Origin: Balanoglossus misakiensis
Lineage: Eukaryota; Animalia; Hemichordata
Length of the DNA stretch: 64,000 nt
NCBI GenBank assembly: GCA_040954595.2
Contig: CM082592.2
Location: 9,411,677-9,475,676, forward strand
Direction of reading: 5' to 3'
Positions within the stretch are counted from its first letter, which is position 1. Each line of letters opens with the position of its first letter. The translations under genes and the position numbers were made by a program. Positions 39,113 through 52,700 of this stretch are shown here, one piece after another. The notes under the pieces were generated by a model, which saw only the letters and a program-made list of their open reading frames with translations, did not search any database and was not told the DNA's origin.

Positions 39113-41777
39113 CCACCACCACCATCATCACTATCACAACCACCACCACCAACAACAACAAACACCACTACTGCTTGTCCATTTCAAGAAAAAGTACAGT
39201 AAAGTGGAAAACCTTTTTGCCAACTAACTTTGAATTTGTGTTGATTTGTAACATGTAAGCATCAATTTCATTTCTTAGGCTGACAGTGGTGGGTTGTGTA
39301 GTCCTGGAGGTTTGAGTTATGTCGGCCGAAGTAAAGAAATGTTGGGAGATATCCCTGCAGCCATTGCTTGTAAGAGAATCCATCTAGATAATGCCATAGC
39401 TATGGCTGCCAAAGGGTGAGTGAAAATAACCTTGCTGCACAAAATATACTGAACTACCCGACAAATGCTGGTTGAGATTTAGGCCTATCTCCATCTTCTG
39501 GTATATACACTCAACTGTGTTTTGTCTCTTTTGTTTAATTACAGTGCTGGCGCCGACTTGCAAGAAAACAGTGGTGTTTCCAAAGCTGTCTTTGACAAGA
39601 ATGAGGGTCTTTGGACCGTCCACCTGGAGGACAGCGATCGCACCTTCAAATGTCGTGTCTTGGTGTGCGCTGACGGTGCACCGTCCAAACTCGGTCTGAG
39701 TTTAGGTCTGGTGAACACACCGCCCGGTGGCACGTGTAGTAGATCTTACGTGCAGCCTGGAACGCATAAATTCAAAGCGGATGGTGTGGTGTTCTATAAC
39801 AAGGGGTTGCTACCAGGTGAGTGGAACGTGCCACCTGGCACCTATCCTTTAAGAACACCTTTGTAATCAAATCGAAATTGCTAAGTAAGTCATCTGAAGT
39901 TACCAGGAGACTACATTATAAAATGATAAAATTATACCTTCCTCTCTTGCAGGTTATGCAGCGCTGTTTCGTCACCCTGGAGACGAACTCAACTACTGTG
40001 TCTACATAATTCCCGGAAACCCTAAGGTCACAAATGATGACCTACCGTACTGGCATGAGTATTTAAAGAAAGATGACCCTAACATCAGCAGGGCCCTGGG
40101 AAAAGATTTCAAAATTGAAAGAATGAGGGCAGGTGTGTAAGTTAAGAATGTTCTGAGCATGCTCGAGTTGTGCCCTAAGCTTGTACTCTACATTCCAGAC
40201 CTAAATTGTAATGTATGGATGTACCTTCATTGAACTATATATGTGACTGATCAGATAAGTGAAATGGTCATTTTTCAGGATTTTACTACTGTTTTCTCAA
40301 AGCAATATAATGAAAAGCTTTTTCTAGCAAGAAATTTATGGCAGTGTTTAGTGTAACGTGACAGTCAGTGTGTGAATTTTCCCTCTCTTTTCTTCACTTT
40401 CGCAGCAAGTTTGAGATTTGGCGGAGAACCTGTAACATATGGCGACCATGTCATTCTGGTGGGTGATGCTGCTGGGATGATTGATCCAATGACAGGTGAG
40501 TTTTTGATCACATGACAAGGCTGTCTTATCCAATCACATGATTGTGTCTCTTCATTGTCCTAACTGTATACTAAAGACATTGGAGATTTCATATTTTCAG
40601 GGTCCACTTATTAACAGTCAGTAATACAGGGATGAAAAATATCCCAGCTGCAGTAATGCACTCATGTATTTAAATTTGGGAAACAATATTTTCAGAACTT
40701 TAGTTGCAACAAAAATAGACAAGTGAAAGATATGTGCAATGCGCCACAGTGTAGTGTAGCATTACAAGGGCACCATGACACAGGAGAGATGATCGTACAG
40801 ACTGACATCATTGACGTTTGACATTTGCCCTTTCCAAGGTGAGGGAATACATCACGCCATGGATGGTGGGCGTATTGCAGCCACCTTTCTCTCATCCGCA
40901 CTGTCTCACGGCAACTACGACAGCAAAGTGATGAAGATATACCACAGCCGATGGATGAAGGAGTTTGGATCTGATTTCGCCTGGTAATTCCAAGCCTGCT
41001 TTATATTGCTTGAGGGTGATCGCACTTCAAGTGCTGTGCATCTTTGCACTGGATCTGAGACTGAAGCCTGCATGACCGTTTGTGAGTCCCATGGGTGCAG
41101 AGAATCAATCCTGTGGAATTGATTTTGCTTGCAGGAATTCTCATGTGCAAAGTATCACATGCGTTTTTAGCTCCCATATGTGTGTATACAAGTGGATACT
41201 TTATGGGATCAGTTGAATGGCTTGTCTGTCTGTCTGCCAAAAAAATAAATTGAATGTCCATCAGAATCATTGAGTGAGATATTACAGCTGCCCTCTACAC
41301 GATTACCTCAACATTATATTTCTCTCGTTTTTTCCCCCACACAGGTCATGTCAGATATGCAAACTGTTGTATCGTTTCCCAATTCTTCTTGATGCAGCGA
41401 CAGCCGCAGTGGCCAGGAAGGGTAAGATGAAATCTAATTGAAATCAGATGTAGTGATGGGAGGGTTATTTTCTCTTGAATCATATTGTGGTTTGTATAGA
41501 GAGAGAGGGGAAGACCCCATAAGTACAGACCACAATACAAGTATGTAACTACAAAATAAAGGCTTTGGATTTAAATGTATTTATACGCATTATTGTTTCT
41601 GACAAAACTTCTTTTTAATTTTCAGGTGATAAATTCTTGGCTAGATGGGCTGACATTATGACTGGCCGAGTACCGAAGATTCATCTGTTGAAACCTGAAT
41701 TCGTCATAGTGATCACCTTTGAACTTATGAAGCTCATTGGGAAAAGGCTTGTTGGCATGAAAATCAAAACAGAGTAA
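37442..41777 (+). CDS. Geranylgeranyl-reductase-family FAD-dependent oxidoreductase with N-terminal membrane anchor, 471 aa (similar in family to Dictyostelium CmfB-like proteins)
   Basis: Nine phase-consistent exons: 37442-37582, 38788-39009, 39279-39415, 39545-39816, 39953-40132, 40406-40495, 40839-40983, 41345-41421, 41626-41777 (1416 nt). Motifs VAVVGAGPGG, EKKKFPRDKYCGDAV, VCADGAPS, LVGDAAGMIDPMTGEGIHHAMDGG. Exon 1 encodes the hydrophobic segment FILGIAAIILSLVVTNLL. Confidence 0.9.
39033..39170. repeat. Compound trinucleotide microsatellite (CAC)n(CAT)n(CAA)n in intron 2 of the GGR-family gene
   Basis: caccaccaccaccaccc...catcatcatcatcatcatcat...caacaacaaca, starting just after the splice donor at 39010. 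Confidence 0.95.
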
Positions 41778-43758
41778 AAAGTTTCGGCATAAGGGGTTTT
41801 GCTTACAAGCATGCTGGTTTTAATTAGAGAACTATTAGTTTTAAGGAATAGAGAGAGTGTGTACTGAGTTTGCAAACATACAAGTTGTTGTTGATTGCCT
41901 CAGAAATTTTGAATTCCATGTACAACATTACCAATGCAAACTTTCCAGGATTAAAATATCTAAGACTTTTTCAGGGACGTGAACCAAAACAATTCACCAC
42001 CATGCCAGTATATCATCTAAAATTCAACAAGTCAGGAGATGGGAGATATGTAAATTATTGGCTTATTTTATTAATTTAAAAGAGCTGGGTAAACACTTGT
42101 TATAACAGTATCAGGATTTCTGTCATACTGAAATATACTTTCACATAATAAAATAATCCCCATGGCTATAACAACATTTCTGCTGGGAAAATTTCCACAG
42201 GTCCGTAAAAAGTCGACCAAAAAAGCCAAATATATACAAGTTTTTATATAAGTAAAATACTGTCATTCATGGAAGCAATGAAAGATATTAGACTTTATAA
42301 AAGACAAAAATTGATTAAAATATTACATGTATTTACATATTTGTTGATATTAAACACTGAATGATTCTAGTAAATCATGTAGTTTTTTAGTCACGAACAC
42401 TTTAAGTTCAGTTGATTGTTTCTTTGCTTGTTTATTTGTTGGTTTACAGGATACTATTGGTTATCTGTGTTAAAAGCTGGTTTGAAAAAAAATCTTTCAC
42501 TCAGTATACAGATGAAACAAAATACCTGGTTTTAGTGTGATATATAGACAAGCATGATTATTAAAACATTACCAGGTAACATGGGGGCATTTCCTACATA
42601 ACACATTCAACAAAGTACATTATGAAATTTATAATCAAACACATACATGGACACAAACACTAATGAAATCAATTATATAAACTTTTGTGTCCTGTATTAT
42701 AGACCTGCATAAGTTAAATCACGGGTGGTTTTATATTTTATTAGTATACGATACAGGCTCCTGCAGGTTCAATGTCGCCCTCACGGGCAGAAGTAAGGAC
42801 ACTTTTGTTTTCCCTTTCCTGGCTCTCTCATAACGCTCGATATTAAAACTTGCATATCTTTTGTCTCTACCATGGCACAAACAGAAAAAAAAAAGTATTT
42901 CAATAAATATATCTTTACAAACAGATAAAGCAGCTATATACATCCTGTCGATGCTGGGAAATGTTTCGGATGATAACGAACACGCATGTGAAACCACAGA
43001 AAAGATTCCACAATAAATTAGTTATTTCATAATTGAGCAAATTCCTTGAAGCAGTATACAGTACTGCATACACTTGCAAACAGACGCAGATTTCTAACTA
43101 TTGTTAGAAATCTAAAGGCGAGGCCAACCACCCAATGAAGTTCATTTTTTACGATCATTAGCAATGATTTACCGTCAATGAAATGACTATTTACAAAAAT
43201 ATAGCTTGAAAATTTGAAATTTTCTTCTGCTTGGGTGTTCAGTGTAACATGCTTCCTGTGTATAGTTTATCTGTAACAGGGTTGTCTAAAAATCATAAAC
43301 CTGTATGTATTTACAATAAGTGCAGTTATGCCACGATTTCTTATTAAATTAAATTTTATCGTGGCTGTCTTGACAGGGGCACTTGAGAATGAACCACTTT
43401 ATATTTCACCAATAACTTCATATTATTATTATTATCATAATGATATCTGCAATCATGTGGTGAACCTATAGCCAGTTGACTGTTCCGAGTACTTGTGTAG
43501 AAAAATCATTCTCAAAAGTTTGAAATGAAAACTTGACTGAGTTATCCCCGTCACAAGCATACAGTGTATATTACTGAATATATAATATATAATTTTGTAA
43601 CACAAGTTACATCTTTGTAAGGCAGGTTATTGTGAGTAAATGTTACAGAAATATTTGTGAATTGTCCGTCCCCTGTTATTTGAGCATAGAACAGTCTGTC
43701 CACAGTCATATGGACTAAGACACTCTATGAGGGGGTTGACAGCCTTGAGTCGAGAGCA

Positions 43759-46700
43759 TCAACACATTGATGATTGCAGATTGATATCATCGGGTAGATG
43801 TTTTTTCCCTTTTTGCGTCTTGCTAGAGTCCGACGTTTTGGCCGGGCTATGGTTCCTGGTTTGATGTGGACCCCCATTCATGTGCTTGTAGTGAAACGCA
43901 CGTTTCGGTTCCCCGCTATTCATGGCAGTGTATGGAGACTTCCCACTGTTCTCTGACTCCCCCGTGAGATCGAAGTCGCCGCTGGAGTCGACGATGAAGG
44001 CGGCGTCCTCCAGCAGGTCGGCCCGGATCGGTTGCCTGCTTCGCGGAGTGTGCATTGATCCGGTGCTGCTCTGTGAGGAGAAGGAGTCGTTGCGGCTGTG
44101 GTGGGTGGTCGGTTCGCCTTGGAACATGGAGGACTGGGGTCCGCGTCCGCTCGGGATGTGGATGACACTGGGGATGGACGAAGTGGAGGAATACATGCTA
44201 CTGGTGCTGGCCGAACTTCCAGGTCGGTTCAGATAACCGCCGTATTGATCGACACTTTTAATGGGACTCCTCGGCACCGACTCGTGCCTGGGCGCGCTCT
44301 TGTAGCTTGGAGGCGACACATAATTCCTGGGGTTCGGCTGTTGTCTTGACACAAGCTCTGTTCTCACTGGTAGATTGGCAGTTGGACTGATTTTAGCTGC
44401 CGGTTGACTTGGCGACGATCTCTGGCTTGGAGACGACCTGTGACTCGGGGATAACCTCTGACTTGGCGATGCCCTTGGCGACGCCCTTGTGGCACTGACG
44501 TTCTGAACATCAGTTGAAGCGGGCACTTCGTTGTGTGTCTGAATTCTGCTGTTGGGTGGTCCTCCATTTGGCATTGCCAGTGCGTCCGAATTGGGGCGCA
44601 CATCTGGCTTTGAGGGCAAGACCGACTTCCTGATGGCCTGAGTGGCATCTTTATCCTTCCTGGAGGCTTGGTACGCGAACTTTGAAGGCTTGGCCTTCAC
44701 GGGCGGCGGCACTTTCTTAGAGGAGCTGCTGGTGGTGCTAACGGCACCTGGTGAAGACGGTGGTTGATATTTGGGTGGCGGGGTCTCTGGTGGCGTGTGG
44801 CCAGAGTGTACGCTCTGTGTTCGCTCTTTGCTGGATTTGCTACCCTTCACCGCCGTTGCATCACCACTGTTGGATATACTGGCACTGGCCAGCTCACTTT
44901 CCACAGCTGAGCCATCAATATTTCCCTGTCTATGTAGATGCTTCTTCTGCTGTTTTGTGCCTGTACTCTGACTGTCCACCTTTTGTGGTTTCGGAACGAC
45001 TTCCGGTTTCTTGGCCACACTGGGTTTCGGGACAAGTCGCTGACTGTGCTCACTCGTCGTAACTTCCTCGCTGTCGCTCTCCTCCTCCAGCTCCTCCATC
45101 TCTGGCTCCTCGGCGATGATCCTGTTGCTAGCCGGCGACACCTGCCTCTGCATCATCTCCACCGCTTGCATGTGTGAGCGGGTTTCACTCAACACCTTCA
45201 GGGCGATGGCTTCCGGTCCGGAGAGGCCCTCCACGGCCGGTGCTTTGGTGCTGGGCCTGACGAAGGCACTGGGTCGGCTGCCATCCAGTCCCCCCAGCTT
45301 CAAGGCAGCTTGCTGCTGCTTCTCGGCGCTGGGGCTGGGCTGCTCCTCCACGGGACTGATGCTGGCGACTTTCTTCGGGATTCTCGCTTTCGACTTCTGT
45401 CCATACATTCTCCGACTGCTGGCGAAGATGTCCTCTTCGTCTTCGTTGTGGAAAGTCGGATTGACTGTTCCCGTCACCACCTTCCTCGTTGGCGTCTGCT
45501 CCAACAGATTCTCATGCGATCCATGCTTCACCATCCTATCCACGTCCAGTCCTCCACTTTTTTCGTCCCGTCCGGGCGACCTTGCGAATATCGAGGTCAC
45601 CTTGAGGTCCTCAATGGAATGACCGCTGACATTTGACCTCCCATGGAGAGCACAGTATGATCCATAATCATCCCGGGAAACCCTGTACGGAGTGGAATGC
45701 GCTGTCGGCATATAGGGAGACCGCTCCGGAAATCCCCCGGATGACCTCCGTGATTTGCTCATTTCTCCTTCTTTCCTGTCGGAAGCCGGAGATCCCTTGA
45801 GGGAATGGCTTGAGATGATGGACACCCCGGACAGGGATGTGGCCGACACGGAGATTCCGGACATGGACGCCCCGCCGGATTGAGAGGATGTAAGACTCTC
45901 CAGGGATGAGGAGGATTCCAGTGGCAGTGTCTTAAAAGCCTGGGTGGGATCTGTTCAGAGACAACACATACACTCAGTACAGCTTGTAACATTTGAAAGA
46001 GAATGTGTTGGCTTGTTGCATTTATGCATGAATACTCCTGCCTACCTGCCTGTCAGTCAGTCTGTATGTATTTGCCTGTCTGTCTGTCAACACCTCTACC
46101 CCTCTATAACTACATCTGGGTTCATCTCTACTCACCAAAGACAGCAAGCAGAGACTGCAAGGCAAAGTACAGAACTCTCTTGCCAGCTTGTTTGCCACTG
46201 TGCAGAAGGACCTCATCTTTGCGAACGTCAATCACATCAAAACCTGTGTTGGCAATGACAATGATACCATGATTAGTACAAAGTTGCCTTGAAACAGTAC
46301 ACATGAAAATATGGATAAATGAACACGGAATTGTGACTTCATATTTCAAATGAGAAGGAAGCTCATACCTAGAGCAGCCAGGAACTCGTGACATCCAGGT
46401 GTGTTCCACTGTGTGACATGCAAGGGAACTTGTAAGGCCAAGTCTCTGTCTTTGTGTTTGGAGATGGCTTGCTTCAGCTGAAAATACAATTCAGTGATAC
46501 AAACCAGTCAGTTAGAAGAACACAATCACCTTCATTTTCAGCACATAACTGATAATTTGGTTTTCACTTACCAGTTTTATAATACTGTGAGCTGTATTTG
46601 TTGAACCAAGCAGTTTTGATAGACCAAGTAGCATCTCTGGGGACAAACCTGAAATAATGAATAGTCAGATTTTATAGTTTCTTTTTTTTTGACACCAAGT

Positions 46701-49700
46701 TTACTGAGAGCATGTACATGTAATCCGGTTCATTCCTGGACTGTTCCAGGTCTCAGTACTCACCTAGCAAGGCCTGCAAGCTGGCGCTGGCTTGCATGAG
46801 TCTCTCTCCGGGATCGGACTGCGGGAAGAACACGGATGCTGGGATGTCCTTGTTGATGGCGTCGAATCGGAACCCAACAGAGAGCAGCAGTTCTCTCCAC
46901 CCTTTCACAGGTCCAACCTTCTTCATAATGCTCTGCTGGGTGGTGTACATGGGATTTCTCTGACCCCGGTTGATTCTCTGCAGTGACTTCTCCACCTGTG
47001 CGATTTATACAAAGTTTATCGTTCAGTAAAAAAACACAAGCAATGCTACACTACACCACATCTCTCTACTGTGCTACAGCATTAAAACATGATTTCTGTG
47101 ATTAATATCTAACAACATTCAGAGCATACATCTTTCACAATAAGACAACCAACTTTATGTATATAAATATATTAGCAGGTCAACCTACATTACAGGTACA
47201 GGTAGACTATACATTATAGACTGACTGATTGTAAAAATACGATCACTCACCAAGTGTAGAAGTACTCGCATTGCTTCTCGGCATTTTGTCGGCGTGGACA
47301 AGATTTCTGCCAGGGCGTTACCCAGCATCATGGTCTTGTTGCTGAGTTTGACATCCGCGCCGACAAGCATGAAGCCTGCCCAGTTGGCCGGGTGGCTGTA
47401 CTGCTTGGCTGAGTGGATGCAGTGCATGGAGTCAGTCATGGCATAGCTGGTGAACATGCCCTTCAGGAGATTAGTGTAGAGCTCGCTCATCAGCACCTTG
47501 GAGGTGATCTCCTTGACCGGCCAGAGTGGCACGATCACACTCTGCGCGCCGGCGGTCAGGAACGCTCGGACCAACCCGATCAGACCGTCTGACGTGATGT
47601 GGCCGAGGCGAAGGTCATGATTGTGAGCGCTCAGCACGATCAGTTTGGCCGAGAGTTTGAGATTGAGGATGTCGGCCGCTGTCAGCAGGAATTCATTCAG
47701 AGCCGGCATGTCTGTGTTGCTTTCTAAGTCACTCTCATCGCTGTCATTGAAGTCCATGCGCTCAGCTGGGCCATGACCATCCCTGCAGTCAACAAACATT
47801 TCACATTTATAACCTCAAATAATACACGGTGAATATAAAAGATCATAATAAGATCATAAGCATGATGATTTCAGATTAATATTACAATTATTATTTTAGG
47901 CTACGTCCTGACTTCCTTACACCTTTTGATACAGGGACAATTTTTCTCTTACCCAGTAAGATGTAAAGCCGCTCCTTTGCCAGGCACTGATATGTCGCCC
48001 GGTGACAGGATAATGGCCGACAGTTTCCACGAGACGTGCGTCGCAAAGTGGACGCATTCCGCGTTGGGCAGGGTTTTCAGTACTGTCTCCTTGGTTGCCG
48101 CACTCCCCAGCAGTGGCTTGATACCAAAGATATCGCCAACAATTCTGGCTTCCTGCAATGGTGGAATAAACGCATATTTGTTAGAAGTTCAGAATGTTGA
48201 CAATCAGACAAGCTATTTTTGTCCGATAAGGGTGTTTGGAGTACACACACCTATAGAGCATCAGAATAGACCATATCTTACCTGTTCGGCATTGGCCAGA
48301 CTACCCCATCCCCACCTATCCTGCGCAGCGGCCGGAAGCTTGGGACTCCCTACGATCAGCGCGGGAAGTGTACTAGTACTGTAAGTTGGCTGCTGATTGG
48401 CTCTGACGGCCACGTTGAGTGCCCTCAGTGACGGAATCACTCGTAGTTTGAACCTCTCGTAGAGATACTGCTGCGAGGATGAACTCCTCAACACCGCAAA
48501 CGGGACCAAGTATAAGTCACCTTGCAAGACCAGTACCAACTCCATTGGGGGTGTGGTGGGTCCATTCTGTTTGGGCAACACGTCTTCCATGGGCGCGATC
48601 AGCAGGTCGTACAGCGTCTTCATCGGGGCTTTTCCCGATCCGCCCCTCCGCCCTCTCCCCATTCCGGCCTTGCCGAAACCCATGCCGCCAAACACGCTTC
48701 CATTGAGACTGCCGCTGAACTGACTGAAGAGGCTGTTCAGGCTCTGCTGGCTGCTGGTCAGCGCGTGGTTGCGCTGGATGCCGCGCACGAAATCGCCGTC
48801 GCTCTCCGTGCTGATCTTGCGGCCGATCTCCTCCAGGTGCTGCTGGAGGAGGTCGTCCGCCTCGCTCTCCGTCTCGCTGGTCACCTCTCCACGCCCTCCC
48901 AACGTCGGGAGCATGTCGACGCCCAGACTCTCGCGCGCATACTGGATGTACTGGTCCAGTTGCGTTGAGGTAGTGGAGTTGAGAATCGTGTTGATCGAAT
49001 TGTTGCTTTCCGACGATGATGTGCTGTCCGGGGCGCCTTCTCCATCGAGTTCCAAATCACTGAGATGGCACTCATGGAACTTGACAATACCTGCAACCAA
49101 ACGATCATCAGGTTAATCTTACTATCATGCCACAGTCAGGGCAATGTTTAATGCCTTGTAATATTTCTGTTTTGCAATCATCACTCATCAGTATTTATCT
49201 ATTGGTAACCTTTACACACTTTTACTAGGGCAGTTACACTTGCTTGGGCCTCAGAGACTGCATCTGCTTGTGTGTCCTTTGGACAACTTTGTAGGTTCCC
49301 ACAAAACAAACAAACAGGTATTCTTCTATTGACAGGCAGTGAACAACCCTATTTCAAGTATTGTATGTTAGAGGCACACAAACTCCCAGAAGGACCGGCT
49401 AAGGTAAACTCAATTACTGTCAGACAGCGTTTTGCTCCTTTGTACTCAACACAATGGCAGATGTTTGTGTTGATTTTTTCCCCTCTGCAAGGTGGTAAGC
49501 TTTATGGGGCAAGGCAGTACCAAACACAAGCTTCTGTACTATTTGGCCAACCAACAAGGGAAGACAATGTATTTAAATAGACCAAAAATTCTGAAATTCC
49601 ACTTGATAATAACGTGGAATTTTGGTCACAATAAGGGTCCTCGCTAAAACATGCAATGTAAACATTGCAAATACATGAAGCTTATTCCTAATTTTGTGTG

Positions 49701-52700
49701 ATGTTACATATAAATCACTGCTTTCTGTGGGGCCTCTTTAACATGAATTTCATTAACTGATTAGCATATGCTGAAGACTTCAAACCAAATATAGGGAAAT
49801 ATTTATTTTTACTTGTACGGGAGGGTGGGTGGTGGTGGGTGGGGTATACTAGTATCCTGGCACTTTGTCATATTAAAGTGATATGGTATTTAAATCAAAT
49901 TTGACCTTCTACATAGAAAGGCCCACCTTCAACAAACCTGCCCTATTTATTGGCAATGTATCATACATGTAGATATGAAGTGGGGAGGCAGAAGTGCCAC
50001 TTCACCTATTGGTCACACCCATGTTAATAGTCAGAACACTTGTTCCGTTATCAAAAAATATACCACATTTGAACTGAAGTGCCCTCCTCGACTGTGCACG
50101 ACACACTCTACACCCCACTAAATCAGTTGACAAAATGTCATTTTCTGCGATTTGTTTTGTCAAAAACCCTTCACGAACCCTGCCAAGAAAGAAAATGATT
50201 TCTGATAGTGCTTCTACACATTACTGCATCGGTTCTGACAGTAAATATTTACTGCTAGTATGCTAGTATGTGTATTACAGAAAAAATTCTTTGGAAACCA
50301 GGATATAAATGGGCTGATAGGATTGAAACCATATGTGGTGTTAATTGTTTTTGTCAAGAGAATGGCTTACTAAATTTATAAGAGAGAAAAATAACAGAAA
50401 GTCTAAACCTACCTTGATTTGGTGTTATAAGCCACATATACAGATGTCCAGCTGCAATAGAGTAATACACGACAGCTGCTGACTGTTTCCGAACAGCCTC
50501 TACGATCTGATCCGTTGTCATAAGTATAGTGTCCATGGCGTCTGTGTAGTCGTCTCGTTGCTCAGTTTGTCTCTCCAACAAGAGATCCACAAAAGCTCTA
50601 GTCCTTCCGCGTTCGGCCACAGCCAGAGCCTCATTCTGTCGACCGAGTTCCACAAGGACCCTCTGCAGGGCCTGGTACGACGCGGTCTGTAAATCAAACA
50701 ACGACAGTCTGTAGTCGTTACTGAATTGTAATTCCCGGCGGATGTTTTCAAACAACTCCGCCGCTTTGTACAGCTGATGTTGCGAGTCCTCCAGATTGTT
50801 GTTCGCCCAAAGCGCAAGACCGAGACGATGGCGGATCTTGGCCTCGTCTTCTTTACGCCCGAGTGTGTCAGCGATTTGTAAACCTTGTTGTAAATACGTC
50901 ACTGCTTGCGGGTAGTTTCCCAAAGCGTGGTGGATGCGACCCAGGCTGCCGTAAGCCAAAGTCTTGGCGACTCTGTCGTTCATTTGCGCCGCTATAGTCA
51001 AATGTTGCTCTTGGTACATGATTGCCTGTTCGTAATTTCCAAGAGACTCGTGCGTGACACCGAGATTTCCGTACGCACGCCCTTGGCACGAAGGGTTGTT
51101 CATTTCCTCGGCAATCGTCAAATCGATCTGATGATACTGCAGCGCTTTCTCGTATTCGCCCATCTGTTGGTAGACACCGCCAAGTCCGCACGCGGCATCC
51201 GCCTCAGCACCACGGTCCTGTATTTCTTGCGCCAGTTTCAACTGGTGTTCCAGGCACGATATCGCTTGCTCGAAGTTCCCCAGCAAGCTGTGTAAACATC
51301 CCAGCTCTCCATACGCCGAACCCTTCGCGGAGACATTGTTCAGTTCGTGGGCGACGACCAGGCGCTTCTCGAAACACACAAGTGCCTGCTGTAAATTTCC
51401 CATTGCTCGGTGGGCGTTACCCAGACCGCGATACGCGCGGTCCTGGTCAGAAGCGTTATTTGACCGCTGAGCAGACACCAGGTACTGCTCGTAGTTTTTC
51501 ACAGCCTCGTCAAAGTCACCAAGCGCTTCATAGCACTCTCCCAAATTACCAAAGGCACGTCCCCTGTCAGTAACCGCCGTCGCACTTGTAACTTGTTCCA
51601 GCATGGCAAGCTGCTGTTCGAAGAATCCCAGCGCATCTTCGAAATTTCCCAGGTTCATATGCGTAATTCCCAGATTTCCGAAGGCCTGTGATTCGATCAG
51701 AGAATCCTTCAATTCCCGGCTTTTCTGGAGTTGCTCCTCGTAACATTTCAGGGCATTCTGGAACTTTCCTTGCGTCGTATGCACAGATCCTTGGTGTCCA
51801 TACGCCTTGCACACTCCTTTCAAATTGCCAAGTTCCTGGTACAAATTCTGCTCCTGTGTGTGATACAACAACGCTCTGTCCAGCTTTCCGATTTTCCGAT
51901 GAGCAGATCCCAGCATTCCGTATGCAGTGGCTTCCAGGTTCTTATTCTTCACGTGTTTCGCGAGGATCAGCTGCTGCTCGTAGAACTTGACCGCATCATC
52001 GAAGTCCTTCCTTGCCATACAAATATCTCCCAAGTTGCCCATGGCACGGAATTTCCCGGGTGTGTTCTTCAGCTGATGGGCGATGGTCAGGAAGAATTTC
52101 TGGCAATCAAACGCTTGGCTGTAATTGCCCAAAGTCTTGTGGGCAAGTCCAAGATTACAATAAGCCCTCCCCATGGATATCTTGTCCTGCATTTTCTTTG
52201 CCAGTGCAAGATCCTGTTCGTAGAAATGGACAGCGTCTTTGAAATTCCCGAGTGAGTAGTGGGCGTACCCAAGACAGTGGTACGCCCTCCCCTCGCCTTC
52301 TACATCACACATGTCCTTTGAGAGGGAGAGAAATTGTTTGTAGAATGGGACCGCCTTGGAGAAATCTCCCTGGGCACTGTAATAATTCCCAAGATTACTT
52401 AAGGCACGGGCTTCGCTGGCATTGTCCTTGAGTTCTCTCGCAATGTCCAGATGGCAGTGGTAATGCTCAAGTGCTTTGTCATGTAACCCTAATGATTGGT
52501 ACGCAATCGCGAGGTTTCCGTGCGTACACGCCTCGGATGCACGGTCGTTGACTTCCTTCGATATCGCCAACTCCTTCTTGTGATAATGAACAGCTTGTTC
52601 ATACTGTCCGAGTCCACTGTAGGCGTTCCCCAAGTTGCCATAGGCACGACCTTGGCTGCCCAGCTCGCCAAGTTCAACGGCAATCAGCAGGTGGGTTTTG

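Noticed and set aside
38761-39202. ORFs with poly-Gly/Asp and poly-Pro/Ser runs
   Set aside because: They are translations of the intronic CAC/CAT microsatellite; the real exon ends at the GTGAGT donor at 39010.
43759-45864. 701-aa Ser/Pro-rich stand-alone gene
   Set aside because: It is in frame with the acceptor at 45950 and splices in phase to upstream TTC28 exons, so it is the terminal exon.
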